Shown here: piece after piece, positions 9,886-20,723 of the stretch
How the letters are laid out: each line of letters starts with the position of its first letter
Position numbering within the stretch: position 1 is the first letter of the stretch
Assembly: GCA_963732795.1 (NCBI GenBank)
Contig: CAVTAV010000003.1
Location: forward strand, 66,050-130,049
Length of the DNA stretch: 64,000 nt
Origin: an uncultured Alphaproteobacteria bacterium
Lineage (GTDB): Bacteria > Pseudomonadota > Alphaproteobacteria > CAVTAV01
Reading direction: 5' to 3'
Made by a program: the position numbers and the translations under genes
The notes under the pieces: model-generated
Databases searched by the model: none
Seen by the model: the letters and a program-made list of their open reading frames with translations, nothing else
What the model was told of the DNA's origin: nothing

Positions 9886-10960
9886 GCCGGCTGGTCGAAT
9901 CCTTCGAGGCCCGCGAGATCGGGATGCACGATGGCCATCACCTTGAACAACTGACCCATCGCACGGGGGTCCGTCAAGCGTCGGAGACCGCTGGCGACAT
10001 CTCGCGCCTGGGCCGCGGTGGCCCCGCGCCGCAGCGCGTCGGCCCGCTGCTCGATGCCGAGCGCCCTGAGGAAACAGCCTTGCGGCGTCGGTCCGAGCAC
10101 GGTCGCCCCCCTCGATTCGGCGGCGCGTTTGAGGGCCGCGAAATCGACATGGGCGGTCAGATCCGCGTCGCCTGGATCCGCGAGCACGGGGTGATAGGCA
10201 TGGCGGCGGACGGCCTGCAAGGTTTCGCCGGGCGCGCTTTGGGTGTGGCCGTAATCCACGATCAACGCCGCGCCGCCATGGACCGCGATCCGTTCGGCGA
10301 TGGCGCCCGCGACGTCCAGCCCATCCGGGCAAATCTCGACCATCGAACCCTCGCCGAGCCCGTCGAGCGCGGGCGGGACCGGCGTTTCGGGGCAGGGGAG
10401 AGACGCCGTGACAAAGGCGAACCGATCGCCGCCGTCGAGCCCGACCCGCCGCTCATGCCAGCCGTCGGCCCGCTTCTCGTATTGATGGATCGGCAAGGCG
10501 TCGAAGAATTCGTTGGCGACGAGCAGCATTGGGCCCGCGGGCACGTCGTCGAAGCGCTCGATGCCATGTCCCGCGCACGGCGCTTTGCTGAATCTTGGTC
10601 AGGACCGGGCTGGTTTCCACAAGACGGACGTCGAGCGCCTGCCGGTAAGCCGGGAACATGATCGGCGACGCGCAGGACATCCCGCGTCAACGTGCCGCGC
10701 CCCGGTCCGAGCTCGATCCAGTGGATCGGCGCAGGCATGCCCATGAGCCGCCAGGCCTCGGCGCCCCACAGCCCGATCAGCTCGCCGAACATTTGGCTCA
10801 CTTCGGGCGCGGTAACGAAGTCGCCGGCCGCGCCGATCGGCATCTGCTTCATGTAATAGCCGTGCTCGGGATGGCCGAGGGCCTCGGCCATGTAGCGCGC
10901 GACGGGGATCGGTCCGTGCTCCCGAATTTCAGCCGCCAGCGCCTCCCCCAGCGCGTTCAT
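9882..10960 (-). CDS. Class I SAM-dependent methyltransferase, MidA/NDUFAF7 (DUF185) family; frame broken twice as sequenced
   Basis: Three segments join: FVTAPEVSQMFGELIG...ELGPGRGTLTRDVL, then FPAYRQALDVRLVETSPVLTKIQQSA..WH, then IERFDDVPAGPMLLVANEFFDALPIHQ.... Breaks lie near 10665 and 10563. The span equals 3n+2. Confidence 0.82.
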
Positions 10961-11781
10961 GGCGCCTTGGTCTTCGCCTTCTGGAGGGTCATGAAGATGA
11001 TGACGATGCCGATGGCTACCATCGGGATGGAAAGGAGCTGCCCCTCGGTAATGCCGCCATAGAGGTACCCGATATTGGCATCGGGCTGGCGGAAGAATTC
11101 GCCGAAGATGCGGAAGAGGCCGTAGCCGGTAAAGAATGCGCCGGTGAGCAGGCCCGGTTTCTCGCGCGCCGAGGTGTAGTGGAACAGCAGGTTCAGGATC
11201 AGAAACAGGGCGATGCCTTCGAGCGAGGCTTCATAGAGCTGGCTCGGATGGCGCGGGAGATGAAGCGGATCCTTGGGGAAGATCATGGCCCAGGGCACGT
11301 CGGTCGGGCGGCCCCAGAGCTCCTGGTTGATGAAATTGGCGATCCGCCCAAAGAACAGTCCGACCGGCCCCACGCAGGCGACCCGATCGGCGACCTGGGC
11401 GAGCGGAATCTTGCGCCGCCAGCAATACCAGATCACCGCCGTGCAGATTCCGATCAAGCCGCCATGGAAGGACATGCCGCCTTCCCAGATCGCGAAGACC
11501 TCCAAGGGATGGGCGATGTATTTGTCGAGATCGTAGAACAGCACCGAGCCGAGCCGGCCGCCCACGATCACGCCGAGCATCGCCCAGAAGGCGAGGTCGT
11601 CGACCTGCTCACGCTTCATGATCGGGTGCTTGCCGGCGGCGAGCTTGATGAAATACCACCAGCCGAAGAAGAACCCGGCGGCATAGGCGAGCCCGTACCA
11701 TTTGATCCCGATCGGGCCCCAGATATGGACCAGTTCGGGATCGATGACGGGATAGGGGATCAGGGCCAGGGCGGTGAACAT
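10957..11781 (-). CDS. lgt: Prolipoprotein diacylglyceryl transferase
   Basis: 274 aa polytopic membrane protein with Lgt motifs (GMSFHGGLIG, GRIANFINQELWGRPT). ATGA overlap with the downstream gene. Confidence 0.93.
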   Translation of the reverse strand: MFTALALIPYPVIDPELVHIWGPIGIKWYGLAYAAGFFFGWWYFIKLAAGKHPIMKREQVDDLAFWAMLGVIVGGRLGSVLFYDLDKYIAHPLEVFAIWEGGMSFHGGLIGICTAVIWYCWRRKIPLAQVADRVACVGPVGLFFGRIANFINQELWGRPTDVPWAMIFPKDPLHLPRHPSQLYEASLEGIALFLILNLLFHYTSAREKPGLLTGAFFTGYGLFRIFGEFFRQPDANIGYLYGGITEGQLLSIPMVAIGIVIIFMTLQKAKTKAP

Positions 11782-11829
11782 CGCCCCATAATGGCGATAT
11801 CGCGACGGCGCGCAAGCCGGTCGCTGGCC

Positions 11830-13125
11830 TCAGGAGCCGGACGAGACCTCGGCGGAGGCGTGGCGGGCGAGAAGACCGCGGAGCGCGGCGAGATCGGCCA
11901 GGAAACGGTCGAGAAATTCGAGCGACTGCTGCTTGGCCTTGTGAAATTCGGCGGTGGTGCGTTTCAGGCCCGATACCCTGCCGCGAAAGGCTTGGAGGTG
12001 CGGCGCGGCGGCGCGCAAGGGGCCGGAGAACTTGGCGACGGCCCGGAACGTCTCGTCCAGCACGTCTTCGTCGAAGCCGCTCGCTTCGAGGCCGGGCTTG
12101 CGCTTGTGATATTCGTGGCGCATGGCGTTGAGGACGGTCTGATAGATCTCCCTCAGCATCCCGATCTTGTGTTCGGCGGTGTCGGCGAAGGCGGCGAGCT
12201 CGTCCTCCTCCTTGCGGCTCATGATGGCGAAGATGAGGCCCATCTGGGGATCGGGCTCGTTCTTGTCGTCGTTTTTGTGCGCCTCGATATAGCGCCGCGC
12301 ATCGCCGGCCATGAAGGCGATGATGTCGCCGATGAAATCGAAGGATTCGATCATGGTCCAGGCCTTGCGGTCGATTTCGTCGAGGAGATCCGGCGTCAGC
12401 GGGGCTAGCGCCGTCAGCACGAAGCGGTCGTCATTGGCGGCGGGCGCGAGCTTGGGCGGCGTCAGCGGCTTGCCGGGCGACGATTCTTCGGCCCGGGGCT
12501 TCTTCGGCCGGGAGTTCATGCTGATCACCGAGGCCGACGGCGTGGCCGCCTCCGGCTCGGGTTCGCTGGATTTGACGGGCTCTGGCTCGGGTATCTCCAC
12601 CTCTCCATCCGGCGGCAACTCCATGACCGCGCGCTCCAGCTTCGCTTCGAGCAAGGTCCGGAAGTCCTCGCGGCCGTCATAGATATAGGCTCTGTGGCCG
12701 TCGGCTCTGGCGCGGTCCTGGAACGCGCGGACCAGCGAGAGGCCCTCGGGATCGATTTTGCTCGGCGCGATCGCCTCGTCGTTGACGAACGGCAGTATCC
12801 GGACGGTATTGGGGTCCGCACGGAACCTGTCATAGGCGGCGAGAAAGCGGTCCCGCGCGGCGCGGGCGTCATCAATCCCGGTCTTGGCGAAGGTCGTCCA
12901 CAGCACGCCGACGAAGATCGTGGGGCCGTCGTGAAGAGCATCGGGCGCCACGCCGTCGTCGAGCAGGGTGAGGTCCAGTCGCACGCCGGCCTTTTGGGCC
13001 GCGCCCAGGTTCATATGGTCGACCACCGTCTCGACGATCGCGCGCGCGCCGTCAGCGTCGCCCGGTGCGGCCAGGATTATGTCGATCTTTCGGACCATCG
13101 CCGGCAGGTTCAATCCGCTGAGCAA
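11830..13125 (-). CDS. Hypothetical two-domain protein (alpha/beta N-domain, Pro/Glu-rich linker, helical C-domain)
   Basis: Intact 431-aa ORF with coding-like composition. I recognise no family motif. The start could instead be the ATG at 13098 (MVRKIDIIL). Confidence 0.6.
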   Translation of the reverse strand: MLSGLNLPAMVRKIDIILAAPGDADGARAIVETVVDHMNLGAAQKAGVRLDLTLLDDGVAPDALHDGPTIFVGVLWTTFAKTGIDDARAARDRFLAAYDRFRADPNTVRILPFVNDEAIAPSKIDPEGLSLVRAFQDRARADGHRAYIYDGREDFRTLLEAKLERAVMELPPDGEVEIPEPEPVKSSEPEPEAATPSASVISMNSRPKKPRAEESSPGKPLTPPKLAPAANDDRFVLTALAPLTPDLLDEIDRKAWTMIESFDFIGDIIAFMAGDARRYIEAHKNDDKNEPDPQMGLIFAIMSRKEEDELAAFADTAEHKIGMLREIYQTVLNAMRHEYHKRKPGLEASGFDEDVLDETFRAVAKFSGPLRAAAPHLQAFRGRVSGLKRTTAEFHKAKQQSLEFLDRFLADLAALRGLLARHASAEVSSGS

Positions 13126-13273
13126 AAAAAACAGGCTTAATGGTGGTATAACCCTATTTTGCTAGCCAATTATGAACGGCAGCTCGGGATGTTAACGGGT
13201 TGTTTGAATTCGCCGCGCTGCAGCTTATATAGCGTGTAACGTCCTTCATCCTGCAAGAGACCGGGAGCTCCGC

Positions 13274-13642
13274 ATGCAAAGCCAAAACCGCTTCTTCGAC
13301 GATTTCGCCAAGATGGCCACCAGCGCCGTCGGCACGCTTCAAAGCGCCCGCCAGGAGGTCGAGACAATGATGCGCCAGCAGATGGAGCGGCTGGTCGCCC
13401 GCATGGAGCTCGTCCAGCGCGAGGAATTCGACGCGGTCAAGGACATGGCGGCAGAGGCCCGGCTCGAGAACGAGCGTCTGAAGGCCCGAATCGAAGAGCT
13501 CGAAAAAGCCGCCGGCATCACGCCCAAGGCCGCCAAGGCTAAGCCCGCCGCGAGCAAGCGCAAGACGACCAAGACCACTGCCAAGCGTTCGACGAAGAGC
13601 AAGACCGCGCCCAAAACAACGTCGAAGGGCGCCTCGGCTTAG
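13274..13642 (+). CDS. ubiK: Accessory factor UbiK / BMFP (YqiC) family protein with a lysine-rich tail
   Basis: 122 aa. N-terminal NRFFDDFAKMATSAVG and a coiled-coil VQREEFDAVKDMAAEARLENERLKARIEELE are typical of the family. The C-terminus is Lys/Thr/Ala-rich. Confidence 0.8.
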   Translation: MQSQNRFFDDFAKMATSAVGTLQSARQEVETMMRQQMERLVARMELVQREEFDAVKDMAAEARLENERLKARIEELEKAAGITPKAAKAKPAASKRKTTKTTAKRSTKSKTAPKTTSKGASA

Positions 13643-13643
13643 C

Positions 13644-14888
13644 CTAGGTTCCCGTTTTCGGCAGATCCTCCGGGAGGGGCGTGCCGTCGCCGGGTAGGGC
13701 GATGAGCGGCGGGCGTTGCGGCGCGGCTTCGAGGCCAAGCGCCTCGTGGTAGTAGCCGAGGATCCTTTCCATCACCGAGTCCCAACTGAAACGGCGCGTA
13801 GCGGCACGCGCCGCGAGGCCGATGTCGCGGCGCTGATCCCCGTCCTGCACCAAAGCGGCGATCTTGTCGGCCGCTTCGTCCACATCGGCGGGATCGGCCA
13901 GGAAGCCCGTCGTGCCTTCCATGATCATGGCCTGATGGCCCGGCGTGCGCGCGCAGACGGGCGCGACGCCCGAGGCCATGGCTTCCAGGGTCACGTTGCC
14001 GAAGGTCTCGGTGACGCTCGGATTGAAGAAGATGTCCGTCGAGGCATAGGCGCCGCGCCAGATCCTCGTCCGTCCAGGAAGCCGGTGAACACGGCGTCGG
14101 GGGCCCATTCCGCCATGCGCTCGCGGGCCGGCCCGTCCCCCACGATCAGCACGCGGTGGGCCACGCTGCGGGACTTCAGCGCGTCATGGACCCGCGCGAA
14201 GTGACGCAATCCCTTCTCCAGCACTAGCCGGCCAACAAATCCGATCGCGACCTCGTCGTCAGCGATGCCGAGGCTCCGCCGCCACGCGAGATCGCGTTTG
14301 GCCGGGCTGAACAGCGCCCGGTCGACGCCGCGGCTCCAGGGCCGGATGTCATTGCCCATGCCCTGGTCCTGCAGGATCTTCACCATCGGGATGGAGGGGG
14401 CATAGACATGGGCGCATTTGCCATAGAACCGCCGCATATAGGCGACCATGTACGGCTCGAGCCAGGCCATATGGTAATAGCGGCAATAGGTGTCAAAGCG
14501 GGTGTGGAACGAGCCCACGACCGGGCAGCCGAACTCCCGCGCGGCCTTGATCGCGCCCTGTCCCAGAAGGTCCGGCACCGAGACGTGGATGAGGGTTGGC
14601 CCGAATGCCTTCAATTCGCGCTTCGCCGCCCGGGGCAGCCCTAGCGATATCCGATATTCCGGGCGGAAGGGGAAGCGGGACCGACGGCACCGGCACCAGC
14701 CGGCCGACATGCTTGAATGGCGGATTCTTGACCGTCGGCGAGAAGATCAGGACCGGAATGTCGCGGTCCTCGAGGAACTTGGCCAGCCTGTTCAGGACTT
14801 TCACCGCCCCGTCCACGGCGCAGTTATAGCCGCCCGAAAACAGCGCGACACGGAGAGAAGCGGGCACGTTCGTGCTGGTCATTCGCAT
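13644..14888 (-). CDS. GT4-family glycosyltransferase; frame broken about three times as sequenced
   Basis: Segments are VALFSGGYNCAVDG, then SFHTRFDTYCRYY...VGRLVLEKG...RVLIVGDGPARE...FTGFLDG, then DIFFNPSVTETFGNVTLEAMASG...GFLADPADV. Breaks lie near 14680 and twice near 14050. It has a paralogue at 35316-36535. Confidence 0.8.
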
Positions 14889-15227
14889 CGGTCCAGGCTG
14901 TTTCTAAATTGCGGCTTTTTTTGGGGACGCGGCGGGCACCGCCGATGACAGGGTCACGATGTATGCCCGGATGCCGGGCTTGTCAAATCGCGTCAGGGTT
15001 TGGGTCGGCAGTTGTTTCTGGAACCATTCCGTGCGACTTTACTGCCCTGTTCGGTCGCAAAGTAGCACTTAACCATAATACATCGACCGTCGGGGGTTGC
15101 TTCGATTTCCGTCCTTGAGTTGTTCCGGTCTCCCGGGGTTTCGGGAGCCGTCGGCGCATATGCGCAAGGCTGCGTCGACGTCAATCACAACAAGCGACAT
15201 CACAGAACTCGACAAGAGGAAAAGGCA

Positions 15228-15603
15228 ATGAAGAATTCTTATCGCTCTCGTCTCAGTCATTCTCGCGTTCACGGTTGCGCCCGCTTTGGCCGGATCCGGT
15301 CCGGTGGGGAATTGGAAGCTCAGCGTCAAGACGCCCCAGGGCGAAATGCAGGAAACGCTGATGATCAAGGGCTCGGGGGACTCCTATTCCGGTACGATGA
15401 CCTCGCAGCAAGGCGGTCCGTCCGATCTGAAGAACGTCATGGTCAAAGGTGACGAAGTCATGTGGCACCGTGACATCGAAACGCCGAACGGCACCTTTGC
15501 CCTCGACTACTCGGCCAAGGTCGACGGCGACAATATCAGCGGTACCGCCAAATCTGGCGGCGACCAGCCGTTCGAGATCCCGTTCTCGGGCACGCGCGAA
15601 TAG
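15228..15603 (+). CDS. Small secreted protein of unknown function; frame break right after the start codon
   Basis: ATG at 15228. After about 1 extra base, the frame encodes the signal peptide RILIALVSVILAFTVAPALA and then a ~100-aa beta-rich mature part (GNWKLSVKTPQGEMQETLMIKG...). The SD sequence AGAGGAAAAGG lies upstream. Confidence 0.6.
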
Positions 15604-15642
15604 CACTTCCGGGCGAGGCTCGGTCGTATCCGCCGGGCCTCG

Positions 15643-16104
15643 TCACATCACCGCGTAATAGGTGAAGACCGTGTGGTCCGCATGGCGCTCGCCTTCGCCG
15701 ACAACGACCGTGCGGGTCAACCAGTCATGGGGCCCGACCGGACATTCGAAGGCCGGATTGACCCGCATGTAATAGCTGTCGGCCGAAACCGGCTCCAGGG
15801 CCTCCATTTTCTTGGCGATGTCGGGCGGCGCATGGCGGAATCCGCGATTCGTCATGTGAATGAGCGTGCCGTCATCCGCCTCCAGCATATAGGACGCATT
15901 GAAAGCGACCGTTCCGTCCGCCCGATAATGGGCCCAGTCGCCCCCGCTGTTCTCGACCACACGGCCTTGGAGGCGCGGGCCTTCGATCTTGCCGCCCGCC
16001 GCAGTCACAAAGCCGCGCTGGCCGCCATCGACGACCGGCCCGTATTTCTGGCGGATGCCGAGCATCATGTGAATGGTGAAGACGTGTTCGAGCCTGATGG
16101 CCAT
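15643..16104 (-). CDS. DUF3237 (UPF0311) family protein
   Basis: 153 aa. The pattern GFVTAAGGKIEGPRLQGRVVENSGGDWAHYRADGTVAFNASYMLEADDGTLIHMTNRG matches the family as I remember it. Confidence 0.75.
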   Translation of the reverse strand: MAIRLEHVFTIHMMLGIRQKYGPVVDGGQRGFVTAAGGKIEGPRLQGRVVENSGGDWAHYRADGTVAFNASYMLEADDGTLIHMTNRGFRHAPPDIAKKMEALEPVSADSYYMRVNPAFECPVGPHDWLTRTVVVGEGERHADHTVFTYYAVM

Positions 16105-16203
16105 GATGCCGCTCCCTCGTGTCGTGTGCGTTTGACGATTGCCTCCCCGGCGGATTTTGCGGATGTTACCCTACAAATCGGAAGAGAGGGGAGAGGTAGC
16201 GGT

Positions 16204-17010
16204 ATGAGCGACAAGCCGGTCGTTGTGACGGTCGAAGAGGGGATCGCGGAGATCCGCCTCAACCGGCCGAACGTGTTGAACGCCGTCTCACGCGAGATGC
16301 TGGGCATGCTGCGCGAGGCGATTGCCGGACTCGCCACCCGCGACGATGTCGGCGTCTGCACCATCACCGGCGAAGGGCGCGCCTTTTGCGCCGGCGCCGA
16401 TCTCACCGATCCGATGATGGGCAACGATCTCCCGCGCGGCCAGCGCGGCGACAATTGCGCCAAGGTCATGGATGCGGAGATCAACGCCTTGGTGCGCGAG
16501 TTCCGCGCGCTCGAACTCCCAAAGCTCGCCATCGTCAACGGCATCACGGCCGGCGGCGGCGTCGGGCTGGCGCTCACCGCCGACATGATCATTGCCGGAC
16601 ATTCCGCGGCGTTCATCGTGCCTTTCGTGCCGAAGCTCGGAATCATTCCCGATCTCGGCGCGACCTGGCATCTGAGCCGCCTTCTGGGGCGTGCTCGCGC
16701 CATCGGCGTCGCGATGCTGGGCGACCCCATCCCCGCGGAGCAGGCGGCCGATTGGGGTTTGATTTGGAAATGCGTCGACGACGACCAGCTCGCCGATGAA
16801 GCCCGTGGCATTGCGATCCGCCTTCGGGACGGCCCGAGACGCGCGCAGGTCGCACTTCCCGATCTGATCGACCAGGCCTTCCTCAACGGCTTCTCCGACC
16901 AGCTCGATGCCGAGCGCGATGTCCAGCGCGTCTTGTGCGAGAGCGAGGATGTCGAGGAAGCCATGGCGGCGTTCAAGGAAAAGCGTGCGCCGCGCTTCAA
17001 AGGGAAATAG
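16204..17010 (+). CDS. Enoyl-CoA hydratase/isomerase (crotonase) family protein
   Basis: ATG at 16204 (MSDKPVVVTVEEGIAEIRLNRPNVLNA). Oxyanion-hole motifs GEGRAFCAGADL and NGITAGGGVGLAL are present. The upstream part of the 445-aa ORF is antisense to the DUF3237 gene. Confidence 0.88.
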   Translation: MSDKPVVVTVEEGIAEIRLNRPNVLNAVSREMLGMLREAIAGLATRDDVGVCTITGEGRAFCAGADLTDPMMGNDLPRGQRGDNCAKVMDAEINALVREFRALELPKLAIVNGITAGGGVGLALTADMIIAGHSAAFIVPFVPKLGIIPDLGATWHLSRLLGRARAIGVAMLGDPIPAEQAADWGLIWKCVDDDQLADEARGIAIRLRDGPRRAQVALPDLIDQAFLNGFSDQLDAERDVQRVLCESEDVEEAMAAFKEKRAPRFKGK

Positions 17011-17017
17011 CGCCCGG

Positions 17018-18556
<1,539 letters not shown>

Positions 18557-18557
18557 G

Positions 18558-18645
18558 TCGTCGTCATCGCGAGGCGCGGTACGCGCCGTGGCGATCCAGG
18601 ACGGCTGGATTGCCGCGCCCCTTCGGGGCTAGCGGGGATGACGAA
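18558..18645. repeat. MITE/REP-like palindromic element, family 2
   Basis: GTCGTCATCGCGAGGCGCGGTACGCGCCGTGGCGATCCAGG...CTGGATTGCCGC...GGGGATGACG. It has nested hairpins and inverted termini. A second copy lies at 40010-40089. Confidence 0.8.
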
Positions 18646-18662
18646 CTGTTGTTGGGGCGTCC

Positions 18663-19676
18663 CTACTCCGGCCAGCCCGAATGCATCTTGTAGGGCGCGC
18701 TGATGACCAGGGCTTCGACCTTGAGGATCTTGCCGTCGCGCACCTTGAACAGCTCGCCGATGATGCTCTCGTAAGGGTGCAGCAGGCGCCCCGGCATCAT
18801 CACCTTGCCGTAACCGGGAACGTCGATGGAGGTCACCGTCCCAGCGTGATCGAAGCAGACGACGCCGAAGACGAGGCCACGCTCGGGGTCGGTCAGGAGG
18901 TAGCGTCGCGGCTGGATGCGGGTGATATAGCGCCAGAAACCGGTGTTGAACTGGTCCTTGCAGGTCATGGCAGAAAGATTGAACGTGCCGTTCTCGGCGC
19001 TGACGCCCGTGCCGTGCGTGGGATTAAGGACCGTCTGCTCGCCGTTCTCGATCCGGATGCATTTATCGTCGAACGGCACGAAGGACCCGGTGCCCTGCTC
19101 GATGCCGTCGAAATATTTGTTGGCGATGTCGATCAAGCCCTGGGCGTCGGTGCGGGTCGACGGATCCTCGACCTCGTCGAAGACCGGTTGGGGAGTCATG
19201 CCGTCCGGGTTGTAGAGCCGCTCGCCCGGCCGGGCCACCAACATCTCGGCTTCGGTGATCATGCGGTCGGCGACCCGCAGGCGCAGGTTCACGACGACCG
19301 GCTCGCCGCTCTCCTTCATTAGCCCGTAAAACACCACCGTGCCGTCGTCGGGCTCCGTTGCGTATATCTTGGTGGTCGGTAGGTCGCTGGCGACGCCCCA
19401 CATGCCGTCATTGAGACCCATCTCGACGCCGTTCTCGGTGTAGCGGACGTCGCTCGCGGTCGGAGCCTGAGAGGAATCATGGGCGACCATCGCCGCGAGG
19501 AACTGGTCGACCATGCCCTTGAGGCAATCGCGGTCGCAGTCCTGAGCGGCAGGGGCGGCGGCAGGCGCCGCCGTCTGTTCGCTGGACTGCTTCGATGAAT
19601 TGCCCGAATCGCATGCCGCCAGGGTCAGGGCGCAAAGGCCCATCGCCGCCGTCAGTCGCACCAAGCCTTCCCGCAT
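18663..19676 (-). CDS. Secreted lipoprotein of unknown function, tandem paralogue 1 of 3
   Basis: 337 aa with lipobox LTLAAC. Conserved family blocks are CDxxCL...MVAHD.S.AP.A..V.YTEN, C.R.ENG and FD..G...KI..IEAL. Confidence 0.7.
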   Translation of the reverse strand: MREGLVRLTAAMGLCALTLAACDSGNSSKQSSEQTAAPAAAPAAQDCDRDCLKGMVDQFLAAMVAHDSSQAPTASDVRYTENGVEMGLNDGMWGVASDLPTTKIYATEPDDGTVVFYGLMKESGEPVVVNLRLRVADRMITEAEMLVARPGERLYNPDGMTPQPVFDEVEDPSTRTDAQGLIDIANKYFDGIEQGTGSFVPFDDKCIRIENGEQTVLNPTHGTGVSAENGTFNLSAMTCKDQFNTGFWRYITRIQPRRYLLTDPERGLVFGVVCFDHAGTVTSIDVPGYGKVMMPGRLLHPYESIIGELFKVRDGKILKVEALVISAPYKMHSGWPE

Positions 19677-19707
19677 CGCCCCCTCCCCAAAATAACACCC
19701 GTGACGC

Positions 19708-20706
19708 CTAGTCGCCCCACTTGTCCTTCGTGCCGTAGGGCATGGTCGACAAGGTCGCGGCGATCTGCTTGATCTTGCCGTTCACGACCTTGAAGGACTC
19801 GAGAATGAGCGCGTTGAACGGCCGATGCGCGGCGCCGGTATATTTGTAGGTGCCGAAGCCCGGAATGTCGGTCGAGTCGACATTGCCCGCCTGATTGAAC
19901 ATCACGATCATCGAGACGATGCCGTGCTCCTCGTCGATCGCCGCCAGATGCCGCTGATCGATCTTGGTGATATACCGCCACATCATGCTGTTGATGTTGC
20001 CGGTGCAGCTCATCGCACCGATATTCGGCGCGCCGGGCCGTGCCTTGGCGTCCGGATCGTTGGCGGTCACGGCACCGTTCTCGACCCGGCCGCAATCGTC
20101 CGCGAACGGGACGTAGTCGGCCTTGTTGTCCTGCAGGGCGTCGAAATATTTGTTGGCGTCGTCGATCATGACCTCGCGGGTCGAACGCTGGTCTTGCGGA
20201 ACGACCTCGGCCCAAACCGGATCGGGCGTGACGTCGTAGCTGCCGAAGCCGCCGCCGGAGGAACGCACCACGATCGCCTCGATCTCTGTGATCTTCTGAT
20301 CGTCGACCTTCATGCGCCCGGCGAACCAGACCGGATTGCCGCTCTCCTTCATCACGACATGGAAGGCGAGCTGGCCGAGCATCGGATCGGGAATGACGAG
20401 CTTGTAATTCGTCGGCAGATCGCTCGCCACGCCCCAGATGCCGTCGCCGACTTCGACGACCTGAGCGTTCTCGGTGTACTTCACATTGTCCGCAAGCGGC
20501 GCCTTGCTCGGATCATGGGCGACCATGGCTTCGAGCAGCATATCGAAGTCGCTGGTCAAGCAGGCGGTATCGCAGGCAGCCGGCGCGGCCGGCGCCGTTT
20601 GGTCGGTCGTGTTCTCGGATTGCTCATTGCCGCTCTGGCCGCAGGCGGCGAGGCCGGCGGCGACGAGCGCGCCGAGGATGGCGGTGCGAATGGTTTGGCT
20701 CGACAT
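19708..20706 (-). CDS. Secreted lipoprotein of unknown function, tandem paralogue 2 of 3
   Basis: ATG at 20706 (MSSQTIRTAILGALVAAGLAAC, a lipobox), 332 aa. It shares the conserved blocks of its neighbours. Confidence 0.7.
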   Translation of the reverse strand: MSSQTIRTAILGALVAAGLAACGQSGNEQSENTTDQTAPAAPAACDTACLTSDFDMLLEAMVAHDPSKAPLADNVKYTENAQVVEVGDGIWGVASDLPTNYKLVIPDPMLGQLAFHVVMKESGNPVWFAGRMKVDDQKITEIEAIVVRSSGGGFGSYDVTPDPVWAEVVPQDQRSTREVMIDDANKYFDALQDNKADYVPFADDCGRVENGAVTANDPDAKARPGAPNIGAMSCTGNINSMMWRYITKIDQRHLAAIDEEHGIVSMIVMFNQAGNVDSTDIPGFGTYKYTGAAHRPFNALILESFKVVNGKIKQIAATLSTMPYGTKDKWGD

Positions 20707-20723
20707 GTCTCTGTCCCTTTCTC

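Noticed and set aside
9886-10332. 149-codon N-terminal extension of the pgeF ORF (408-aa version)
   Set aside because: It is an Arg-rich translation overlapping the MidA-like gene in another frame. The ATG at 9885 gives a normal-length YfiH protein with an ATGA coupling to the upstream stop.
15673-16203. N-terminal extension of the enoyl-CoA hydratase ORF (445-aa version)
   Set aside because: It is antisense to the DUF3237 gene. The crotonase fold begins at the ATG at 16204.
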